Of a DNA stretch of 64,000 bases, positions 41,099 to 53,243 are shown piece by piece. Location of the stretch: positions 1,600,001 to 1,664,000 of the forward strand of contig CAWIIQ010000001.1 of assembly GCA_963836185.1 (NCBI GenBank), in the 5' to 3' direction. Below the pieces are notes generated by a model, which made no database searches, had not been told where the DNA came from, and saw only the letters and a list, made by a program, of their open reading frames with translations. The stretch comes from Candidatus Krumholzibacteriia bacterium (GTDB lineage Bacteria > Krumholzibacteriota > Krumholzibacteriia > Krumholzibacteriales > Krumholzibacteriaceae). A program made the position numbers and the translations under genes. Each line of letters starts with the position of its first letter. Position 1 is the first letter of the stretch.

Positions 41099-43295
41099 TT
41101 GGATAAGGTACTTGTCATAGTCGAGTCGCCCGCCAAAGCGAGGACGATCAAAAAGTATCTCGGCAAGGGATACGACGTAAAAGCTTCCGTAGGACATATT
41201 CGTGACCTGCCGAAACGCGAGCTCGGCATCGATGTGGAGAAGAATTTCACTCCGAAGTATGTAAGTATGCGCGCGAAGAGCAAGGTGCTTAAGGAGCTCA
41301 GGGCGAAGGCCTCTGCTAGCTCGAATATCCTTCTCGCGACCGATATGGACCGTGAGGGCGAGGCGATAGCCTGGCATCTCGAGGAACTGCTCAAGAAGAC
41401 CAAGACTCCGATACAGAGGATCATATTCAACGAGATAACGAAAAACGCCATCAGGGAAGCTGTAGATAATCCCAGGGATATAGACCTGGACAAGGTGAAC
41501 GCGCAGCAGGCACGAAGGATCCTCGACCGACTGGTCGGGTATCTCGTCAGTCCGGTCCTCTGGAAGATATTCTACCGGGGTCTCTCGGCTGGACGGGTGC
41601 AGACAGTCGGCCTTCGCCTGATATGCGAGCGTGAAAACGAGATCAGGGCCTTTGTCCCCGTCGAGTACTGGACGATAGAAAGTATCCTCTGCTGTGGAGA
41701 AGACAGGGAATTCGAGGCGAAGCTGCTCAAGATCGAAGGCGAGAAGCCGGAGATCGGATCGGAATCCGAGGCTCAGAGGATCGTCGGGGAGATAAAAGCC
41801 TCTGAGATAATGATCAACGCTGTCAGGGAAAAGAAGAAGAAACGAAACCCCCAGCCGCCCTTTATCACAAGCACTCTTCAGAGAGAAGCGGCTGGCAGGC
41901 TTGGCTTTACCGCAAAGAAGACGATGGCTGTCGCCCAGCAGCTGTACGAGGGTATCGTTCTCGGCGAAGAGGGTTCCGTAGGGCTGATCAGTTACATGAG
42001 GACGGATTCTACACGAGTCAGCAAGGAAGCCTACGCCCAGGGAAAGACATGGATCGAAGAGAACCTCGGAAAGGACCATGTCGGCGGAGGGCGCAGTTAC
42101 GCCAAGGGCAAGAAGGCTCAGGACGCGCACGAGGCGGTCAGGCCGACTGACTCCTATAAAAAGCCGGACGATCTCGCGGCTTTCCTGACGAAGGACCAGA
42201 TGGCCCTCTATACGCTTATATGGAGGAGGTTCCTCGCCTCTCTGGCTTCACCCGCGGTCTACGACGTGCTCGAGGTAGATATAGCGGCGGGAGAGAAGTA
42301 TCTCCTTCGGGCCGGTGGAAGAAGGCTTGTGCATCCCGGATTCCTCGCGCTCTATCCGGACAAGCAGGCGGAGGATGATAAATGGATGCCCGATGTCGAA
42401 GAGGGCGAGATGGTCGAGATCAGGAATATTGACGCGTCCCAGCATTTCACCGAGCCGCCGCCGAGATTCAGCGAAGCTTCGCTTATCAAGGAACTGGAGG
42501 ACAAGGGAATCGGGCGCCCGAGCACATATGCCAGTATCATCAGTATCATACAGGACCGCGGATACGTGGAGAAAGAGGGTAAGGCTCTTCATCCGACCGA
42601 ACTGGGCGAGAAGGTATGGGAATCTCTGTCTCAGCTGTTCAACGATATCTTCGAGGTCGATTTTACAGCGCGCATGGAAACCGAGCTCGACAAGGTCGAA
42701 GGAGCTGAAGGAAGAATGGCAGGACGTCGTCAGATTCTTCTACGAACCTCTCAATGCCGATCTCGAGAAATTCGCTGGTCGTGGTGATGAACTGAAGAGT
42801 CTTGTCCAGGAGGAAACGGACGAGGACTGCCCTAAATGCGGCAAAAAACTCATCAAGAAATGGAGCAGGAACGGCCCGTTCCTCGCTTGCCCGGGATTCC
42901 CCGAGTGCCGTCATTCGAAATCACTCGAGGAGGAGGAAGCGCTCGAGAAGAAATGCCCCGAATGCGGCGGGGACCTTCGATACAAATCGGGAAGATTCGG
43001 AAGATTCATCGCCTGCGATAACTATCCTGACTGCAAGTACACGGAGGCGGTCTCTCTGGGGATCTCATGTCCGGAGGAAGACTGCGACGGCAATATATCT
43101 GAGAGAAAGACCCGCAGAGGAAAGGTCTTCTACGGCTGCACGAAGTATCCAAAGTGCAAGTTCGCAAGCTGGGACAAGCCAGTAGAGAAAGAGTGTCCTT
43201 CCTGCGGCCATTCGTGGATGGTCGAGAAGAGCACGAAGGCGAAAGGAAGCTTTCTTCGCTGTCCCTCATGCAAGCACGAGGTCGAACCCGAATGA
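41099..43295 (+). CDS. topA: DNA topoisomerase I, frameshift near 42700
   Basis: VESPAKA, ATDMDREGE, SAGRVQ, ISYMRTDS, GIGRPSTY; zinc ribbons in the shifted frame. Confidence 0.96.
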
Positions 43296-44600
43296 AACGG
43301 GTGACGGTCATCGGAGGCGGCCTGGCCGGCTGCGAGGCCGCTCTCCAGTTAGCATCCCTTGAGATCCCTGTCAGACTTGTCGAGATGAGGCCGGGGACAG
43401 GCACGCCCGCTCACAGGACTTCTCTGCTCGCAGAGATGGTGTGCAGCAACTCTTTGAAATCGGTCGATCCCGTGACGGCCTCGGGGCTTCTCAAGGAGGA
43501 GCTGAAGGGCCTTCGGTGCATACTCCTCGAAACAGCCGCGAAGTGCGCTGTTCCGGCAGGATATGCGCTGGCAGTCGACAGGGAGTTATTCGCATCGGAA
43601 GTTACCGGCCTCGTCGAGGACTCTCCGCTGATCGATCTGGAACGGGGTGAAGAAGCAGTTCTGCCGGATGAGGGCTGCGTCATAGTCGCGACCGGTCCGC
43701 TCACATCTGATAATCTATCCTCATCGATAGAAGAGCATTTCGAAGGCGGGAAACTCTATTTCTACGATGCGATAGCGATATCTGTGGAGGCCGAATCGAT
43801 CGATGAATCACGTATCTTCCGGGGATCCCGTTACGGAAAGGGAGGGGACGACTATCTCAATGTCCCGCTTACTGAGCCGGAGTATTCAGACCTCGTGAGA
43901 TTTCTTCTCGATGCGCCCAAGACGGAGAAGCGTGGTTTCGAATCAGGACAGTGTTTCGATGCCTGCCTGCCGATAGAAGTGATCGCCTTCCGGGGAACGG
44001 AATCGCTGAGGTACGGGCCTCTTAAACCGAGAGGGCTCGCAGACCCATGCCAGCGGAAGGGAACCTCACGCTGTGCTGCAGCTTCGACAGGAGAAAAAAG
44101 ACGGTTCTCTTCTCGGCCTGGTCGGATTCCAGACCCGCCTGACGCGTCCTGCCCAGAAACAGCTCCTCGAATTTCTCCCGGGCCTGGAAAATGCGAGGAT
44201 AGCGAGGTGGGGAGCGATCCACAGGAACACATATCTGGACTCTCCCCGTCTGCTAGATGAGCGGCAGATGTCCTCCAGGCAGGAGGGGCTCTTCTTCGCC
44301 GGACAACTCGCCGGAGTGGAAGGGTATATGGAATCGATCGCACACGGCCTTCTGACCGCTCTCAACGCTGCTGCCTATCTCGAGGAAAGGCGATTGCCGC
44401 TTCTTCCCGCGGACACGATGACCGGTGCCCTGCAGCGCCATCTGTCATCGACGGAAGGATCATTTCAACCGATGAACGCCAACATGGGACTCCTGCCTCC
44501 GGCTGCGGGCAGCAAGCGTGAGCGAAAGGCGAGAAAAGCGGAAAGAGCCATTGCGTCACTCAACTCGTATCTTGCTGAAAATACGCTTTTTAGAACGTAG
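43292..44600 (+). CDS. trmFO: tRNA (U54) methyltransferase TrmFO, frameshift near 44048
   Basis: IGGGLAGCEAA, EMVCSNS, FYDA, VGFQTRL, HRNTY, AGQLAGVEGY, FQPMNAN. Confidence 0.93.
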
Positions 44601-44658
44601 CCATTTTTCATATCGCCTTCTTGATGATATGCCTCCCGCTGTGCTAGTATCGTCCCCT

Positions 44659-45591
44659 ATGACAGAGAAGACGCTCAAAAGATACATTCTCCATCTGGGG
44701 ATAGAGAAGGGAGTCTCGGAGTCGACTCTCCGCGCGTACGAGGGTGATATCCTCCAGTTCTTCGAGTACCTGAGGGATGCCGGCGGCAACGCGGATCCCG
44801 TGTCTACCGCACCGGCACATGTGCGGAGCTGGCTCGGGTCTCTCTCGAGAAACGGGTATACGGCGCGCAGTATCTCTCGAAAGATAGCCTCGCTCAGAAG
44901 TTTCTTCTCCTGGCTTGCGAGAACGGGAGAGATCGAACGGGATCCGACTCTTGGGATCTCGACCCCTAAAAAGACACGGGACCTCCCCGTTTTCGTCGGC
45001 AGAGAAGCTGTCGGCAGGATGATGGAACTGCCTCCGAAGGATTCGAGGAAGGGTATCAGGGATAGAGCGGTCCTCGAGCTCCTCTACGGCACCGGCATGA
45101 GGCTGGCGGAACTTGTCGGCAGCACCGTTTCGATGTGTGATTTTGCGAGGGGCACGATAAAGGTCCTTGGCAAGAGGGACAAGGAGAGGATCCTGCCTCT
45201 GAGTGGAGAGGCTTCCGCGAGTCTCGAGGTGTGGATGAAAGAGATATTCGGGATGCCGGATGAGGCTTTTAAAGACAGGATCCATTACACCGCCTTCTTC
45301 GCGGGACGTCCAGATACTCCCGTCTTTCCCGGCCGGGACGGAAGAAGTATCAGCAGGCGCACAGTGCAGCGAATCGTAAAGAAATATCTGGAACAGGTCG
45401 CCGCTCTTACCAGGATGAGCCCGCATGTGATCAGGCATACTTTCGCTACCCACCTTCTCGATGGAGGAGCGGATCTGAGAGCCGTCCAGGAACTTCTCGG
45501 GCATGTCAACCTGACGACGACACAGATCTATACACATGTGACGATGGAAAAACTAAGGCAGATATTCGACAGGTCACACCCGAGAGCCTGA
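44659..45591 (+). CDS. xerC: Tyrosine recombinase XerC
   Basis: [21 protein letters not shown]...TQIYTH; trmFO-xerC-hslVU synteny. Confidence 0.9.
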   Translation: MTEKTLKRYILHLGIEKGVSESTLRAYEGDILQFFEYLRDAGGNADPVSTAPAHVRSWLGSLSRNGYTARSISRKIASLRSFFSWLARTGEIERDPTLGISTPKKTRDLPVFVGREAVGRMMELPPKDSRKGIRDRAVLELLYGTGMRLAELVGSTVSMCDFARGTIKVLGKRDKERILPLSGEASASLEVWMKEIFGMPDEAFKDRIHYTAFFAGRPDTPVFPGRDGRSISRRTVQRIVKKYLEQVAALTRMSPHVIRHTFATHLLDGGADLRAVQELLGHVNLTTTQIYTHVTMEKLRQIFDRSHPRA

Positions 45592-45670
45592 GCTTCGGCT
45601 CGCAGGAAAAGTTTGTTTGCCGCGGCCAGGAGCTTATATTTGTCATCTGGAACCAGATATGGAGGATGTG

Positions 45671-46213
45671 ATGTTCAGGGGAACGACGATACTTGGAGTG
45701 AGGAACGAAAAGGGCGCAGCTCTCGGCGGTGACGGGCAGGTGACTTTCGGCGATACAGTAGTCAAGCATGGCGCGAAAAAGATAAGAAGCCTCAGGGATG
45801 GTGAGGTGCTGGCGGGATTCGCTGGAAGCACGGCTGACGCCATGACGCTCTTTTCAAAGTTCGAAGGCAAGCTGGATGAACATGCCGGCAACATCGTCAA
45901 AAGCGCGGTCGAGCTCGCGAAGGAGTGGCGAAGCGACAAGGTGCTTCGTCATCTGGAAGCGCTGCTGGCCGTTGTGAGCAGGGAACATTGCCTGATAATA
46001 TCCGGCAAGGGTGACGTTGTCGAGCCGGATGACGGGATAGTCTCGATAGGCTCGGGCGGACCGTACGCTCTGGCCGCCGCCAGGGCATTTATCGACGGCG
46101 GCAGAGAGGACGCGGCTGATATCGTCCAGGGCTCGCTGGAGATCGCTTCAAGGATATGTATATATACGAATGACAGCATAACGGTCGAATCGATCGGACC
46201 AAGAGGGAAATAA
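45671..46213 (+). CDS. hslV: ATP-dependent protease subunit HslV
   Basis: [24 protein letters not shown]. Confidence 0.96.
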   Translation: MFRGTTILGVRNEKGAALGGDGQVTFGDTVVKHGAKKIRSLRDGEVLAGFAGSTADAMTLFSKFEGKLDEHAGNIVKSAVELAKEWRSDKVLRHLEALLAVVSREHCLIISGKGDVVEPDDGIVSIGSGGPYALAAARAFIDGGREDAADIVQGSLEIASRICIYTNDSITVESIGPRGK

Positions 46214-47550
46214 TGTATGAATTGACACCAAAGCAGATCGTTGTCGAACTCGACAAATACATCATCGGGCAGGACGAGGCCAAGCGCTCCGTTGCCATCG
46301 CCTTGAGAAACCGGTGGAGGAGAAAGAATGTCGAAGGCCCGATAAAAGACGAGATACTGCCGAATAATATAATCATGATAGGTCCTACGGGTGTCGGCAA
46401 GACCGAGATCGCGAGAAGGCTGGCCAGGCTCGCTCAGGCTCCTTTCGTAAAGGTCGAAGCTACAAAATTCACCGAGGTCGGATACGTCGGGCGCGACGTT
46501 GAATCGATGATAAGGGACCTTGTCGAGATCGGCATCAACATGGAGAAGGATAAGGTCTACGAGGAAGTAGCGGAGATGGCGGTCCGGCTCGCATCCGACA
46601 GGCTTCTCGACCTCCTTCTGCCTCCCGTGCCCCAGGAAGGCACCGACGGGCCGGAGATAGAGGAAAGAAGAAAGCGCACGAGGGAGAAACTGAAAAAGAA
46701 ACTCGATGAGGGAGCGCTTGACGCGAGGGAAGTGACGGTCGAGACACTCGAGAGGCCATCGAACTGGATAGAGATAATTTCCGGTTCCGGACTCGAGGAG
46801 ATGGGAGTAAAGTTTCCGGACAATCTCGGGAATATGATGCCGAAGAAAACGAAAGGGAGGCGGGTCTCGGTCGAAGAGGCGCGTAAGATCCTCGAATCGG
46901 AGGAGAAGGAGAAGCTTGTCGATCAGGACAAGGTGACTTCACGAGCGCTCAGGGCCGTCGAAGAGACTGGAATAGTCTTCATCGACGAAATAGACAAGAT
47001 CGCAACAACAGGACAGAAACATGGACCGGACGTTTCGAGGGAAGGTGTCCAGAGAGATATACTCCCGATCATCGAAGGATCGACCGTCAATACGAAATAC
47101 GGAGTCGTCAAAACGGATCATATCCTCTTTATCGCTGCGGGAGCCTTCCACATGTCGAAGCCTTCCGATCTAGTACCTGAGCTTCAGGGGAGATTTCCCA
47201 TAAGGGTGGAACTCAACTCGCTTACTGCCGATGATTTCGAGAGGATACTTCTCGAACCGGAAAACGCGCTGCTCAAGCAGTATAAAGCTATCATAGAGAC
47301 CGAGGGCTGCAAGGTCAACTTTACGAAGGGATCAGTGAAAGAGATCGCCCGTGTCGCCTTCCTCGTCAACAGAAAGATGGAAAACATCGGCGCTCGCAGG
47401 CTTCACACTGTACTGACGACCCTTCTCGATGAGATACTGTTCGATCTCCCGGACCCTGAGATCGACAAGTTCACGGTCAATGAGAAGACCGTCAGGGATA
47501 AACTCGAAAAGATCATTGAGGACGAAGATCTCGCCAGATACATACTTTAG
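46213..47550 (+). CDS. hslU: ATP-dependent protease ATPase HslU
   Basis: [31 protein letters not shown]. Confidence 0.97.
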   Translation: MYELTPKQIVVELDKYIIGQDEAKRSVAIALRNRWRRKNVEGPIKDEILPNNIIMIGPTGVGKTEIARRLARLAQAPFVKVEATKFTEVGYVGRDVESMIRDLVEIGINMEKDKVYEEVAEMAVRLASDRLLDLLLPPVPQEGTDGPEIEERRKRTREKLKKKLDEGALDAREVTVETLERPSNWIEIISGSGLEEMGVKFPDNLGNMMPKKTKGRRVSVEEARKILESEEKEKLVDQDKVTSRALRAVEETGIVFIDEIDKIATTGQKHGPDVSREGVQRDILPIIEGSTVNTKYGVVKTDHILFIAAGAFHMSKPSDLVPELQGRFPIRVELNSLTADDFERILLEPENALLKQYKAIIETEGCKVNFTKGSVKEIARVAFLVNRKMENIGARRLHTVLTTLLDEILFDLPDPEIDKFTVNEKTVRDKLEKIIEDEDLARYIL

Positions 47551-47562
47551 GAAGGAGTCTAC

Positions 47563-48483
47563 ATGAAACTCGGGAAGAAGGATTTTCTACGCATCACGGA
47601 CTTCACCAGGGAAGAGCTCCAGGGTATCATCGATCTTGCTATAAGTCAGAAACCGCTCGCCCGGAATTTTACTCTCGAGCATTCACATCCGGGACGCGTT
47701 CTCGGATGCATCTTCCACAAACCGAGCCTGCGGACAAGAATAAGTTTTGAGATAGCTATCAGGCAGATCGGCGGGTCAAGCCTCTACATCACTGACAGGG
47801 AAATAGGAATCGGCAGCCGCGAAGCGCCGAAAGATGTAGGCGAGGTTCTTTCGAGGTATGTAGATGGTATCATGATACGCACGTTCGATCAGAATATGGT
47901 CGAAGAGCTCGCGTCGAATGCTTCCGTTCCGGTCATCAACGGCCTGACTGACCTCCTGCATCCCTGCCAGATCATGGGAGACCTTCAGACGATAATCGAG
48001 CACCGTGGCCCGATCGAAGGTAAAAAGGTCGTCTTTATCGGTGACGGGAACAATGTAGCGAGAAGCTGGCTTAACGCAGCGGCGCGATTCCCGTTCAAAT
48101 TCGTCCTGACTTCTCCATCCGGATATGAGATCGCGGATTCATACATCGAGGAAGTCCGTGGTCTCGGCAATCCTGATTACGAATGGATCGAGGATCCAAG
48201 GGAAGCCGTTCAGGAAGCTGACGTCGTCTATTCCGACGTCTGGGCCAGCATGGGGCAGGAGTCCGAAAAGGCGGAGAGGCTCAAGATATTCAAGTCTTAC
48301 CAGGTCAACGAGGAATTGATGGCTCTGGCCCAGGAGAACGCGGTATTCATGCACTGTCTCCCGGCACACCGGGGAGAAGAAGTGACGGACGCGGTTATTG
48401 ACGGGAAGAACTCTATCGTATTCGATGAGGCGGAGAACCGTCTGCATATACAGCGGGCGATCATCGCGCTTCTTCTCAAGTAA
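47563..48483 (+). CDS. argF: Ornithine carbamoyltransferase
   Basis: SLRT, HPCQ, DVWASMG, MHCLPAHRG. Confidence 0.92.
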   Translation: MKLGKKDFLRITDFTREELQGIIDLAISQKPLARNFTLEHSHPGRVLGCIFHKPSLRTRISFEIAIRQIGGSSLYITDREIGIGSREAPKDVGEVLSRYVDGIMIRTFDQNMVEELASNASVPVINGLTDLLHPCQIMGDLQTIIEHRGPIEGKKVVFIGDGNNVARSWLNAAARFPFKFVLTSPSGYEIADSYIEEVRGLGNPDYEWIEDPREAVQEADVVYSDVWASMGQESEKAERLKIFKSYQVNEELMALAQENAVFMHCLPAHRGEEVTDAVIDGKNSIVFDEAENRLHIQRAIIALLLK

Positions 48484-48498
48484 CACAGGAGTATCAGA

Positions 48499-49569
48499 TT
48501 GAGAAGGACCCTGTTGCTTTTGACCTCGCTGGTCTTTCTGTCCTGCGCGGTCATGGAAGCTCCATCGGGAGGACCGAAAGATGAGGCGCCTCCCGAGGTC
48601 ACCGGCATCCAGCCGGTTCCGGGCAGCGCCGGAGTCGACAGGGATTCCTCGATCAAGATCGCCTTTTCCGAGAAAGTCGATGGAGACAGTTTTAAAAAAC
48701 TCGTTCAGATCTATCCGCCCCTCGAGTTCGACAAGATGCGGACAAAAGACGAAGTCTTCGAGATAATATTCCGCGAGGAACTTCCGGAGACGACTATCTG
48801 TGTCCTGATACGTAAGGGCTATGCCGATCAGCACAAGGTAAAAGGAGAGCGCGGGATAAATTTCTGCTTTTCCACAGCCGATTCGCTGGACAGCGGAAAG
48901 ATATCGGGGCGCGTACTCTTCAAGATGTCTCCGGATTCGACAGGCCTGGCGAAACTCGTATCCATTTCAGATGTCGATTCGACCGGCGACCTGTCCAGGG
49001 CGCCCGAGGCAAGGATAGCCTTTTGCGGCAGCGATGGGTCTTTCACCTTCGAAGCGCTTCCGACCAACGGCACGATGTTCCGTCTATGGGCCTTTACAGA
49101 CGGGAACGAAGATACGAGATTTTCACCCGGAGACGAATTCTTCACTGCGCTTGAAGATACATTCACTCTCACCTCCGGGATGCCCTCGATCGCCGGATTG
49201 GAGATCAACATAATCGATCCGGAAGAACCCGGGAAGATAGAGGGGACGATCACCGATCTCACCGGATCCGGAATACCCCCGACAGCCAGATTCGAACCTC
49301 TTTATGAAGACGGCACACCTCTCATCGTCAGCGCCGATACGACAGGCAGTTACACAGTCGCCGGCATACCGCCGGGTGATTATATCTTTACCGCCTTTAT
49401 AGACGCTTTCGCGGACAGCCTTCCCGGCAGTTATACGGATCCTGCTGATTCCACGAGCACACTTCCTGAACCGTTCGCCGTATATCCTGATACGGTGATC
49501 GTTCCGCCCGGCGATACTCTGACACTCGAGCCCCTATTCATACAGAAGGGCACCGGAAAAGATGAGTAA
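48499..49569 (+). CDS. Ig-like (Big_5) domain lipoprotein
   Basis: Lipobox FLSC, 'PSGGPKD..PP', 'I.FSE'. Confidence 0.75.
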   Translation: MRRTLLLLTSLVFLSCAVMEAPSGGPKDEAPPEVTGIQPVPGSAGVDRDSSIKIAFSEKVDGDSFKKLVQIYPPLEFDKMRTKDEVFEIIFREELPETTICVLIRKGYADQHKVKGERGINFCFSTADSLDSGKISGRVLFKMSPDSTGLAKLVSISDVDSTGDLSRAPEARIAFCGSDGSFTFEALPTNGTMFRLWAFTDGNEDTRFSPGDEFFTALEDTFTLTSGMPSIAGLEINIIDPEEPGKIEGTITDLTGSGIPPTARFEPLYEDGTPLIVSADTTGSYTVAGIPPGDYIFTAFIDAFADSLPGSYTDPADSTSTLPEPFAVYPDTVIVPPGDTLTLEPLFIQKGTGKDE

Positions 49570-50377
49570 GTTCGAGTTTACCAAGATGCACGGCGCTGGA
49601 AACGACTTCATCATGATCGATGACATGAAGTCGATCTTCGATGAAAGCCCCGGGCTTATCGCCGCCCTCTGTGAATTCCACCGCGGCATAGGAGCGGACG
49701 GCATCATCCTCCTGAGGCCATCCGAAGAGACCGACTTTGCCATGAAATATTTCAACAGCGATGGAAGCGAAGCGGAAATGTGCGGCAACGGCGCCAGGTG
49801 CACGGCTGTGTTCGCGCTCGACAGAGGTATAGCGGGAAAGAAGATGAGATTCTCTACCGGGGCCGGCCCGGTATCAGCCGAGGTGGCAGGAGACCGGGTC
49901 AGGATCGGGCTCGAGCCGGTGCGCGGCCTCCGTCTGGGGCTTGTGCTGCCTGACGGCACTACGGCGGGTTTTGCTGTAAGCGGGGTCCCTCACGCGGCGA
50001 TCATCGTCGAAGACGCCAGATCGTGGGAGCGGGAGAGCTTCGTGAATATGGCACGGAGTGTCAGGTTCGATCCGCTTTTCGAGCCGACAGGGACGAATGT
50101 AAACATCGTCACGGTCGAATCAGGCAGCAAGCTGGTCTACAGGACGTACGAAAGAGGGGTGGAAGACGAGACTCTCGCCTGCGGCACGGGAGCGGTCGCC
50201 ATATCGGTGATAGCTGCTCACATGGGGCTCGTATCTTCCCCCGTGACCTGCGAGACTTCAGGCGGCGATATCCTGGAGACTTCATTCGAACTCAACGATG
50301 ACGGGGCCTATCAATGCACCCTCACTGGACCCGCGAAGGTCTCTTTCAGGGGTGAGGCGGACACGGCTTTGTATTAG
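49562..50377 (+). CDS. dapF: Diaminopimelate epimerase
   Basis: KMHGAGNDF, MCGNGARC, ERGVEDETLACGTG. Confidence 0.96.
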   Translation: MSKFEFTKMHGAGNDFIMIDDMKSIFDESPGLIAALCEFHRGIGADGIILLRPSEETDFAMKYFNSDGSEAEMCGNGARCTAVFALDRGIAGKKMRFSTGAGPVSAEVAGDRVRIGLEPVRGLRLGLVLPDGTTAGFAVSGVPHAAIIVEDARSWERESFVNMARSVRFDPLFEPTGTNVNIVTVESGSKLVYRTYERGVEDETLACGTGAVAISVIAAHMGLVSSPVTCETSGGDILETSFELNDDGAYQCTLTGPAKVSFRGEADTALY

Positions 50378-50441
50378 CCCTTGATATCCTTCCTTTCCAA
50401 CTGCAAATTATACTTGTAAGGGCAAGGAGGGAATATCGAAG

Positions 50442-53243
50442 GTGAAACGGTATCTTCCTATCATAACAACTGCGGCATTGATCCTGTTCACCACGGGATC
50501 GACTGCCCAGTATCCGTTCGGTAAGAACAAGATCACATACTATCCCAAGGACTGGAAGGTCATCCAGACGGACCATTACGATCTCTTCTATTATGAAGAG
50601 GAGATCGAGATCGCTGAATTCGTGGTGGCGATGGCTGAGGATATCTACTCTGAATTCTCAGCCTTTTTTGATCTTGAATTTGAACGGCGTGTACCTGTGA
50701 TCCTCTACGGGACTCATCACGATTTCAAGGAAACCAATATAATCCCCTACATAGTCTCTGAAGGTACCGGAGGTTTCACGGAGTTTATCAAGGGCAGGGT
50801 GGCCCTTCCGTTTATGGGTTCGTACGCCGATATGAAAGGTGTATTCAGGCACGAGATGGTCCACGCCTTCATGCTCGAGAAACTCCGCGTCACGATGAGC
50901 GGCCGGAGAAAATTCAACTATTCCCATCCGCCACTGTGGTTCACCGAAGGGCTTGCTGAATTCCTCGCACACGGCGGCCCGGATACCGAGGCGGACATGT
51001 TCATGAGGGATGCCGTTACAGACAACTTGATACAGCCGCTGCAGGATCTCTGGAAGATAGAGGGCACATACCTGATGTACAAGGAGGGGGAAAGCGCTCT
51101 TCATTATATCGCGACCGAGTACGGTGACGAGTCGATCAGGTTGATCCTTGAAAACTGGTGGAAGGGTGACCGTTTCGACTATGTCCTCGAAAAAACAATC
51201 GGCGTGACAGTAGAGGAACTTAATGACGACTGGATGGAATACCTGAAGAGGAAGTTCTATCCCGCAGTCCTGAAGCAGCGGAGAGCAGATGAGATCGCGG
51301 ACGGCATGTACAGGAGGAAGAAGTGGTCCTTCGAGAATCATCCCGTATGCGTAAAAGGTAAAGACGGGAAGGACAGGATATTCTGTCTCGGGTTCGGACT
51401 GGGATCCGTTGACCTGTTTGAGCTCAAAATAAACGGAAAGAGGGAGTGGCAAAGAAGCACAATCATCAGAGGCGGCCGGAACAACGCGTTCGAGTCGATA
51501 CCTCTCTTCAGAAGCAGGGTATCGGCCAAGGGCGACACACTGGCATTCGTCTCAAAGTCGGGCGCCAGTGACGTGATCTATCTTCTCGATACATCGAAAA
51601 AAAGAATCCTCAGACGGATCAGGCATGACGAGACGAAAATGATTAACTCTCCCGCTCTCTCCGGTGACGGAAGAAGAGTCGCCTTTTCTGGAATAGACGA
51701 CCAGGGAAGGACTGATATCTTTATTTACGACCTCGATACAAGTGTGTTCAAAAGGGTGACGGAAGATTACTACCAGGATGATCATCCCGACTGGCACCCA
51801 CACAAGGACCTTATCGTCTTTACATCGGACAGGTGCGGAGGGGAGCCTGGAAGTTCGACCGGACTCTATTCCATCGATCCGGGCTCGATGCAGATGATAC
51901 AACTCACCAGCGGGCAATGGAGAGACACCGACCCGCGTCACCTGCCGAGCGGAGACCTGCTCTTCTCTTCTGACAGGGCCGGAACGTATGATATCTACAT
52001 AATGTGGAAGAACGGCCGTGTTTCAAGGCAGACGAATGTTCTGGGAGGCGCCTTCGCGCCCTCGCCCTGCAGCGACGGGGAATCGTTTGTAACTGCCGTT
52101 TACAGCGGCAGCACCTATCATGCGTACAGGGTCCGGATCGACCGGGAGGCTCCCGGCATCCCCCTTGAGCACGAGGTATGCAGGGGATTCGACTGGGAAC
52201 CGGATCTTCCGGATTCCGGGCTCGCCTACACTCAGAATCCCTACCGTCCGAAATTCAGCCTCGATCTCATCGCAGCGGCTTTCGCTGTCGACCCGGATTT
52301 CGGATACATGGGGAACGGCGCTCAGCTTTTTCTTACCGATATGCTCGGCGACCATCAGATCTCCATACTTTTCGGAACGTCATCGAACGACTTCTCCAAT
52401 TTCTTCGATAACATCAATCTCGCTGTGACCTATTACAACCAGACCAAACGGTTGAATTACGGGTTCGGAGCTTTTCACCTGGCCAGCTATATAGGCTCCA
52501 GTTACGACATATTGAGATTCGAGAGGAGGTATGGCGTAGTGGGGGGGGTGAGCTACCCATTTTCGAGGTTCATGCGTATAGATTTTCAGACGATATTCAA
52601 AAAGATGTCTAGAGATGACGATATCACGGCGCTGGGAGTGTACCAGGGCGAAACGAAGATGATCACCAATTTCATCTCGCTCACGAGAGACAATATCATC
52701 TGGGGTATCGGAGGGCCGGTCACTGGACACAGAGCGAACCTCGCTCTCGGCAAGTCATGGGATCTCGATGGAAGCAGATACGAACTGACGACGGCTATCT
52801 TCGACATCAGATACTATCTCAATATCGGCTCACGTGTGGTACTGGCCCAGCGTTTCGTGACACGCAACTCGTGGGGGAGCGACGTACAGCTCTTTTACCT
52901 CGGCGGCTCCTGGGATCTGAGGGGGTATAATTACCGGGAATTCGCCGGGAAGAGGATGATGCTCTATAATGCCGAGTTGAGATTCCCTCTTCTTGACAGG
53001 CTGCTGCTGAACTTTCCGGTGGGACATATCGATTTCCCGATGTTCAGGGGAGCGCTGTTCCTTGACGCCGGCACGGTAAGCGGGTTCATCTATGACCCAG
53101 GTTGGATCGGAAGCATCGGAGTCGGAGTGGAGATGAATCTGGGCTATCTGCCGGTTATGAGGATCAACTTCAGCCGGTTGACCGATTTCGATCGCATAGG
53201 AAATGATACGAAAGTAGACTTCTTTCTCGGCTATAACTTCTGA
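50442..53243 (+). CDS. Gluzincin peptidase-like + PD40/TolB propeller + Omp85-type beta-barrel fusion
   Basis: HEMVH...WFTEGLAE; PD40 repeats (FTSDR, FSSDR); 'LRGY', 'NAELRFP', terminal YNF. Confidence 0.85.
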   Translation: MKRYLPIITTAALILFTTGSTAQYPFGKNKITYYPKDWKVIQTDHYDLFYYEEEIEIAEFVVAMAEDIYSEFSAFFDLEFERRVPVILYGTHHDFKETNIIPYIVSEGTGGFTEFIKGRVALPFMGSYADMKGVFRHEMVHAFMLEKLRVTMSGRRKFNYSHPPLWFTEGLAEFLAHGGPDTEADMFMRDAVTDNLIQPLQDLWKIEGTYLMYKEGESALHYIATEYGDESIRLILENWWKGDRFDYVLEKTIGVTVEELNDDWMEYLKRKFYPAVLKQRRADEIADGMYRRKKWSFENHPVCVKGKDGKDRIFCLGFGLGSVDLFELKINGKREWQRSTIIRGGRNNAFESIPLFRSRVSAKGDTLAFVSKSGASDVIYLLDTSKKRILRRIRHDETKMINSPALSGDGRRVAFSGIDDQGRTDIFIYDLDTSVFKRVTEDYYQDDHPDWHPHKDLIVFTSDRCGGEPGSSTGLYSIDPGSMQMIQLTSGQWRDTDPRHLPSGDLLFSSDRAGTYDIYIMWKNGRVSRQTNVLGGAFAPSPCSDGESFVTAVYSGSTYHAYRVRIDREAPGIPLEHEVCRGFDWEPDLPDSGLAYTQNPYRPKFSLDLIAAAFAVDPDFGYMGNGAQLFLTDMLGDHQISILFGTSSNDFSNFFDNINLAVTYYNQTKRLNYGFGAFHLASYIGSSYDILRFERRYGVVGGVSYPFSRFMRIDFQTIFKKMSRDDDITALGVYQGETKMITNFISLTRDNIIWGIGGPVTGHRANLALGKSWDLDGSRYELTTAIFDIRYYLNIGSRVVLAQRFVTRNSWGSDVQLFYLGGSWDLRGYNYREFAGKRMMLYNAELRFPLLDRLLLNFPVGHIDFPMFRGALFLDAGTVSGFIYDPGWIGSIGVGVEMNLGYLPVMRINFSRLTDFDRIGNDTKVDFFLGYNF

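Noticed and set aside
40211-42130. 639-aa antisense ORF and other long shadow ORFs
   Set aside because: They are antisense to secA/smg/topA etc., carry no motifs, and are expected from GC-rich codon bias.
27230-44055. Programmed frameshifting or genuine pseudogenisation of purN, guaA, secA, topA, trmFO
   Set aside because: No slippery heptamers, the genes are otherwise intact and several are essential. Assembly error is more likely.
47563-48483. ArgF' (acetyl/succinyl-ornithine transcarbamylase) because of the SLRT motif
   Set aside because: SMG loop, HPCQ and HCLPAHRG match canonical OTC.
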